The notes beneath the pieces are model-generated. The model had not been told where the DNA came from, ran no database searches, and saw nothing but the letters and a program-made list of their open reading frames with translations. From Chrysomallon squamiferum (Eukaryota > Animalia > Mollusca): 64,000 bases of DNA. The stretch spans positions 9,672,001 through 9,736,000 of the forward strand of contig CM022667.1 of assembly GCA_012295275.1 (NCBI GenBank), given 5' to 3'. Below are positions 56,438 through 64,000 of this stretch, piece after piece. The position numbers were made by a program, and so were the translations under genes. The first letter of the stretch is position 1. Every line of letters starts with the position of its first letter.

Positions 56438-57162
56438 TATAAAGAAGATTGTCGACAACATCTCATTCTTCTACATGCTAAATCTTGCTACATCTTGACT
56501 ACCTCTCTGTACATTAAACTACGCTTTTTATATAATTACGTTCCTACCAGATATTTTAATATCTGTCATAGATAATTACTGTGACTGGATAAATATGGAT
56601 CAAAGTATTTCCTATCTTTCTTTTTTTCTTTTTTTTTCTCTCCAAGACGCTTTAATATGATAATTCCTTCGGCCACGACGGCACTGATTATAAACAGCGG
56701 TGAACTGATTACGTTGGTGTTGTTCACGTTCACGTCACGTCGCCCACGCAGTTACGTACTCGACGGCAGCATCACGTTGTTTGTTTAAAGGAAAGAAATA
56801 ACGGTGTTTGTTTGACACACTTGTCAGCGGTAACAGATCTAACTGGGGTCTGAGTGCGCAGGTACGAGAGAAACCTGAGCCAGCAGAACATGAAATAAGG
56901 ATTAGGAAAAAACGGAAGTGTGGAAATAGTAGGTGAAGTGAGAGAAATGAGGTCACGGTCACACACACACATACACATGCATAAATACACATACACATGC
57001 ATAAATACACATGCACACGCACATACTCAAATACAAATGCACACACACATACACACACGTGCAAACCAAGAGACCCATATACACACAAACACAGATAAAC
57101 ACACAAATATATATATATATACACACACAGATATAGTCGTTTAATTATACCAGTATTTTCAT

Positions 57163-57259
<97 letters not shown>

Positions 57260-59655
57260 ACATACATATTTTTTCCATTATAACATTCACGAGTCTTTCG
57301 CTGTAAGTCTCAATCTCTTCTTTTTCCACATAACATTCACATCTATACGTACAATCTCTTCTCCCTCCACATGTACACATGTATGTAGGTTTTTCTTTAT
57401 ATATGTATGTATGTATATATATATGTATGTATGTATATATATGTATATATATATGTTTGTATGTATGCATGCATGTATGTAATATGCATGTATGTAATAT
57501 GCATGTATGTATGTATGTACGTACGTACGTATGTATGTCTGTCTGTATGTACGTATTTGAAACGTATAATCTCGCCAAGCCTTCTCTCTCTACGCTTTTC
57601 GCGTCCATCCACGCAGTGTTTCTGTTGATCCAGGGTTTTGAAACCTGTCAGGTGACGGCTCATCGTTTTATTGATCTTAAGTTTCATTTAATTTCCTCTA
57701 TCGAGCAATATTTTAATATCATAACACTCGCACGCTGTATCTAGGGCATTTCTTCACAGGCAATCAATACGTGATGCCGTCATACACATTTAAATGTTAA
57801 TAGGAAATTTAGTGCAGCAGGATTCACTGAGCCACTTTTAAATGAATAGACTGTAAAAACAAGACAAATTTCTCGAAGACACAAGCTGCCGTAGTTTCCT
57901 GGATCGGTTCTCGTTGACGGCTGTTTTGATGAGATATTTTGAGAAATTGAAGACTTTCTTCTCTGTAAATAATTTTTGTTAACACAGACACGTGAATTCA
58001 ATAGAATGTGTATTAAAGCTCAGTTTCGACGTTGACGTATATTAAGTGCTCAAAACTGCCTCTATTTTTGGTCCGCATTTCTGTTCTGACTTTTGAATGC
58101 TGGATTCTTCTCTCTTTTGACGTCCTTCCTGAATAAAAGCTACTTGAATAAAATAAAAAATTTGAATCATATTTTAGTGTTTATTGCATGAATGTTACAA
58201 AGTATTGTGAAGAAAAACATTTAATTATAATCAGAACTGCCTTGGGGTAGCCGCCACCTCGTCATTTTTCTACAAACCTTCATCGCGAACCTCGTTCATA
58301 CACTACTTTTACACTGGCAGGATTAACTTTCTTTACGAGCTTTCTTCCTGAAAAGAGACTTGACCACACAGAAACACACAGTGTCTTAGATTCATTCGTT
58401 TATTCAACATAAAAGGTTTTTTGCCGCACGAAAGTGTGGAAGACCTTGATGAAAAACATATGTAACGTCTCTTGACTATTTTCAAGCAACAGATCCGTTC
58501 CAAAAATATATCACCGAAGGAGCAATATTTCGCCTTTTCAAAGACCAAATATAATTGTAGTTAAAAGAAACTACACGACGACCATCCCCCCCCACACACA
58601 CACACACACGTCCCAACCTGTGAAAGACGTCACCAGGTCATGTCGTCTGCCGAATGTCGCATTACGTCACGACCACTGAGTCAGAAAAGCGACAGATCAA
58701 GGCGATCCTGAAAAACCAGAACCTCATGAATTCTGTCTGTCTGGTAGGTTTTATGTTTGTAATCAAAATAATCTTTCTTTTCATAATATCACGATTTAAC
58801 CCGCATAAAAATTACCATTTAATTGATTATCTGGGTTGAAATGATATGCTGAACCGCTTTCATACACACTGTCTGACAGTTCCTCCTCCATCGTTCTTAA
58901 TAAATCATTAAAGTTATTTTGGCACATCCCTTCTCGCTGTAACGTGAGTTACTCACTGGTGTGTTGGAGACCTTCAGCACGAAATCTGCGTCGATTTTGA
59001 ACATTTATTTATTTCTGAAGGCTATGAAAAAAAAAAGAAGAAGAAGAAAACAAAAAGAAACAACAAAAAAAAAGAAACAAAAAGTAATATCTATGGTCAC
59101 GTGACTTCCGGTTTTTGGATGTTTTTTTTTTTTTTACGGTTTAAGGTGTCAGTAGTAATTAGCTTTTTATTTTATTATTCTGTTGTTGTGGCAACGCCTT
59201 GAAATACTACCGGAACTGATGATGCAAGAAGTGTGTTTAATTAGTGTTAGTGAGAAAAAAAAAAAAATAAGAAGAAAAAGAAATAAGAAAAGAAAAAAAA
59301 AGCTTGTTATGTTTCAAACGTGGTTCACAAAACATACACATATAATAAATAACAATGTAGGTCACACTGTACAAATTTGCTTATTCAGTCTGCTGTTTGG
59401 TTTGACATTTGCTTCATAAAATGCACTCCCACATTCAAGCAGGTTCTCAGAAACATGCATTCAAATGTCATTTCTAAAATCTTATCCATTTACATTCACA
59501 TTTACCAAACTTGTAACTTTTGTAAGTACTGTTACATTGCAGTTCATTATTCATCCAATTTTTGTTGTCCATGTGTTCTTAATATACTTTCACTGTAAAG
59601 TGCATAAAGGCCCGCTCTCAGAAGGAAAGGGTTATTCAACAAGTCATTTGTATTA

Positions 59656-59966
59656 CAGGTACCGGACCAATTATCCGGCGTCCGGAAATCCGGAAAGACC
59701 AGAAAACCGGATTTTTTTTCTTTCCAGACGCTATTTTCCTAGTTCGCGCGCGCGGGTGTTGTCCTCACCAGACCGGAACTACTCTTTCAAGCCGCGTGGC
59801 GTTCATTCACTCGCCGCACTGTTTACGTGTCGAGTCGCTACAGTTGTGTATCGTCAATTTTCTTTATGTTTTTAATTTAAAAATGTTTATGCTTTATTAT
59901 TTACGTATTTAGATGCCTTACCAGAAAACCGAAAAGTCCAGCCGAATGAACAGGCCCACAAGGAGT
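59656..59966. mobile_element. Second copy of the same MITE, same orientation, right TIR missing
   Basis: Starts ta|CAGGTACCGGACCAATTATCCGG and shares internal blocks such as CTCACCAGACCGGAACTACTCTTTCAAGCCGCGTGGCGTTCATTCACTCGCCGCA with 42151-42475. Similarity stops at ...CAAGGAGT just before the expected TIR. Confidence 0.88.
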
Positions 59967-61788
59967 TAAAAAGTCTTTACTAGCACTAACAAACGATGCC
60001 GAAGAAAACCACAACTAGATAAAAGTAAAAAAAAAGACGAACCCCTAAAAATTTACATTTCAGATTTTCTAATTTTCTAATGCTCTGATTAATTTGGTCA
60101 AAAAAAAAAAAAAAAAAAATCTATGTTTGCAGTACAAGTTGAAGCGAAGTTATGAATTTTAAAAGATTTATATTTTTTTTATTTTTATCTAGCGCAGATA
60201 AATGGCTTCATCTATCAGAGTTATAAAAAAAAAAAAAAAAAAAATAGACTGGATATCTGGAACACATATTATGACATATTATGAAATAAACTTTGTCAGA
60301 GACAATCTCACTTCAGAATAGGCCCTTCGTAATCGTGGTTTCTTCAAAATGGCATTTGTGTCCAAACGGTACCCCCCCACCAATTTTTTTTTTTTTAATA
60401 TTAAAAAATTCATAACTTTGGAACTATCTGACTGACAACTTTGAAATTTTTTTCACTTAAATCAGGACCAAAACATTTTCAATTATAGTTAGGAGTCAGC
60501 TATATATTTCAAAATCAGGAAATCACTTTTGAGGACCTGTTTGTTTCTATAATCTGTATATGTCTATGCGTGTGTTTTGTGTGTTTATGTATATATGCAC
60601 TCACTCATCCACTAATTCATTCAATCACTCACTCATTCATTCATTAACTCACTCACCCACACACATTTATTCTCAAACTCACCCACGCAATAAATTCACT
60701 CAGTAAATACTAACTCAGTGAATCATCCACCCACTAATTCACTCAGTCAAACAGTCAATCACTCACTCACTCAACCACTCACCCTCTGTTTCAATCCTCA
60801 GTTTATATATCTTTCAGTATCTGAAAATAAAAAAAATATATATATATTTTAATGATAACTGACACCTAACAAAAACTCACGAGACAAAAAAAAAAAAAAA
60901 AAGACAAAAAAAATTATAATAATAATAATTATAATAATAATAACGTTCAGTGATTTAATCACTAACTGTGATGGCTCTATCTTTCCGTACTCTCTATCCA
61001 GCCTAACATGCTAACCCTACACTTAGCAGACAATACCGGATCCTGATCCATGTGCCCACGAAAGGCGTGCTTCGTGACAGCTTCTCCTTATTAATAATAC
61101 GTTAATCACTACGTCCTTCCTACGCGCGTCTGTAAAAATGTCTACGATAATAACAGCACTGACACTGTTCGCTAAGAGTAATTTAGTCTTTTTTTTTTTT
61201 CTTTTTTTTTTTTCTGCTAACAAATATGAAAGGCTTTCTGCCCCTCTGGGGGTCACTAGAAGTTTACGAATCCTGTGTAAATCATGTCAAAAGAGTAATT
61301 CTCGTAATGATGAACTGAAGATGTTAAAAAGAAAAAAAAAAAAAAAAAAGTAAAGAAATAGATACGAATGGAAATTTGGCGCAGTTATTAAAGGTTATGA
61401 CTTCTGGCATTTTGCGTCGCTTACAGACAGTGTTATTTCTGTACAGACCTGATGTCGGTCTTGTGCATTTTTATATAGCAAAGATTGTATGTTTGTGTGT
61501 TTATGTGTGTGTGCGAGCGTGCGTGTATGTCTGTACTTAAAAACACACGCACATATACACACACATATATAATTCTATGTATGTATGTATGTATGTATGT
61601 ATGTATGTATGTATGTATGTATGCGTGTAGATTTTTATGTATATATATATATATATATATGTATCCGTCTATATGTATGGGTGTGTTTATTTATACATGT
61701 TATGTTTAAATGCACATGCATATGCTAAGTCATAACATTGATTGTTTGGACTAGACTGTTTCTATCTATATATCTGTATATCTGTCTG

Positions 61789-61827
<39 letters not shown>

Positions 61828-62869
61828 GTCTGTCTGTCTGTCTGTATATTTGTATGTCTATATAGCTGTATATCTATCTGTCTAACTGTCTATCTATATA
61901 TCTATCTTTTTATGTAATTGTTACAGAAAATAGACAGACAGAAAGTCAGCCAGATATATAGATAAATAGATAATAGAAAGATAGATAGACAGTATCGGTT
62001 GGTATGCAGATAAGTAGCTAGACAGATAAATAGGCAGGCAGACAGACAGTATACTATTTTCTTTTTATATATAGAATATGCAGTATGCGCAATGCCTTTA
62101 ATGCGTGGTTACTACTGACTTTTAATAAACGAGATCGTAGACTGGACCATTATTAAAATAACGACATTCATAAAGACACCTTCGAGATCATAAACACTCT
62201 GTCAGAACATTTTAATACATTAATTATTAAACGGGCAGAGAGGACAAGTTGGAAAAGCACAGTGGTTAATTGGACAGCTTCTCAGTTCGTGTCTGTGACT
62301 TCAAACGACTTCAGAATTAATCAAGGAAATGCAGTCCTTTCTTTTCACTGTTGTTTTGTGTAAGAAACACTTGAATTAATATCTGTGAGTTTATCTAACA
62401 TCATCAGCAAGTGTGTGTACACGAAAGGCCTGCTTGAACATTTATTTTAAGGAAAATGTTTATTATTTTATTTGAAATCACCAGACTCCTATTTTAATCG
62501 TATTTTTTCCTTATTTCTTTTCTTTTCTTTCTTTCTATCACTCATTAATTTTTCTTTCTTCCACTCTTGATTTCTTTATTTCTTTACTTTTTTCTTTTAA
62601 CCTTCCTTTGTTTCTTTTATTTCTTTTACTTTTTCAATCATTTGGTTCAATCATTTATTCTTTCTTTCTTTCCTTTGTTTGTAACTTTTCTTCTTTTTCT
62701 GCTTTCCTCTTTTTCCTTTTATTATTATTATTTTTTTTTATTATTATTTTAATCCTCTTTACTGTCTCCTTTCTTCGTTTTTTCGTTCCTAAAAAACGTT
62801 TATATTTATCAATACGTATCCCAGTATCATGGTTCATAACTACTTAGCTTTGATGGATGGAATAAAAAT

Positions 62870-63015
62870 TCGTTTTTCCTGGTTCCCTTTTGGCTCCGAT
62901 TTCACCCAGTTCAGCACCTCATTAACTCCGCCAATGTCTTTATGATCGCACTATGTGTCCTTAGAACTGCATGTCGCTGAGATATTAGTATTGATCAGGA
63001 AGTGCTATATAAATG

Positions 63016-63044
<29 letters not shown>
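62870..63044 (+). mobile_element. Possible SINE/LINE 3' remnant with poly(A) tail
   Basis: Higher-complexity segment ending AAGTGCTATATAAATG followed by about 29 A. It resembles the AAGCGCTATATAAAT tails I recall from L2/CR1-mobilised SINEs. No tRNA head recognised. Confidence 0.3.
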
Positions 63045-63046
<2 letters not shown>

Positions 63047-63276
63047 AAGAAAAAATCGGAAGGAAAAAAGGAATACTTTTTTTTTTTTTTAAATCGCACC
63101 CTTAACACTCAACCCCACCCTAAAAATATCCAACAAGAACCAAAACAAACAAAAGCAAAAGAAAACAAAAGGACCTCGTCGAAAACGTGTATTTAAGATC
63201 GATCTTCCTGCCCGAGACAGGGAAAAATCTTTTTTTTTTTTTTTTTTTTTTAAAAAAGAAAGAAAGGAAGAAAAGA

Positions 63277-63318
<42 letters not shown>

Positions 63319-63697
63319 CATACAGGTACACACAGAATGAAAAAGCAAAAATTTTAAAATTGGTTAGATAAAACTGTACCCACTTCAGATTGTTTGCAGA
63401 CGTTAAAATTACGAAAGAAAAAAAAAAAAAAAAAAAAAGAAAAGCTTTTGAAAAATGATTCTAAGAAATGATGTTGATTTTATTCTTACGTTACGGTTAA
63501 TAAGAAGAAAAATTCTGTTTCTGTGGAAACGGTAGGAAATGATGTCATTGATTTATGAAAATCTGAAAGCAATTTCTCGTGAAAGAATGCTAAATGAAAA
63601 TAAACTAAAAAAAAAAAAAAAAAATGTAAACCGACAAGATCAGCTATTACATTGTTGTTAATGCAATCAATAGCATTATTATTATTATTATTATTAT

Positions 63698-63730
<33 letters not shown>

Positions 63731-64000
63731 CTGTAATAGTAGTAGTAGTAGTAGTGGTAGTAGTAATACTAACAGTAATAGCTGCAGCAGTAGTAGAAAT
63801 AGTGGCAATACTTATAGTGTTGTCAGTAATAATAGATATATATTTATTAAGTAGAGGTATTTGTATTGACAGCAGCAGCACTAGAAATAGCAGTAATAGC
63901 AGTAATTAGTAGTGGTAGTATTCACAGTGGTAGTAAAATATAATAAATAAATAAATAAATATATACATAATAAATAAATATTAAATAATAAATAATAAAC

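Noticed and set aside
60147-60418. 14-bp inverted repeat AAGTTATGAATTTT / AAAATTCATAACTT
   Set aside because: AT-rich, with no definable termini or TSD. Possibly an old DNA-transposon remnant but not supportable.

Overview
AT-rich, microsatellite-dense animal genomic DNA. It is probably invertebrate, and a lophotrochozoan or mollusc is my inference from composition only. Two protein-coding genes are supported, both on the + strand. (1) The 3' half of an SNRK (SNF-related kinase) gene, with five GT-AG exons joined by phase-2 introns: 3936-4142, 4931-5116, 6737-7219, 9160-9252 and 13526-14804. (2) A class A GPCR with an intronless CDS (32628-34040), built on a histamine H3/H4- or muscarinic-like scaffold. 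Most interesting signal: the SNRK last exon reaches its family-typical Cys-Cys-x-x-x end (CCSVV*) only through two frame changes. The first is a -1 at a G5 run (~14291-14295), probably an assembly indel. The second is a +1 exactly at TCC-TGA-C (14588-14594), the same shift-site sequence as ornithine decarboxylase antizyme, followed by a possible GC-rich stem. This is a candidate programmed +1 frameshift, but a sequencing indel cannot be excluded from sequence alone. Second signal: the GPCR has Arg in place of the amine-binding Asp3.32, plus Arg at 5.42, 6.55 and 7.35, suggesting an anionic ligand. The rest is non-coding: two copies of a TA-flanked Tc1/mariner(pogo)-type MITE, another TIR element, minisatellites, a local duplication, many simple repeats, and a visible switch from CpG-poor to CpG-rich sequence near 23.3 kb.
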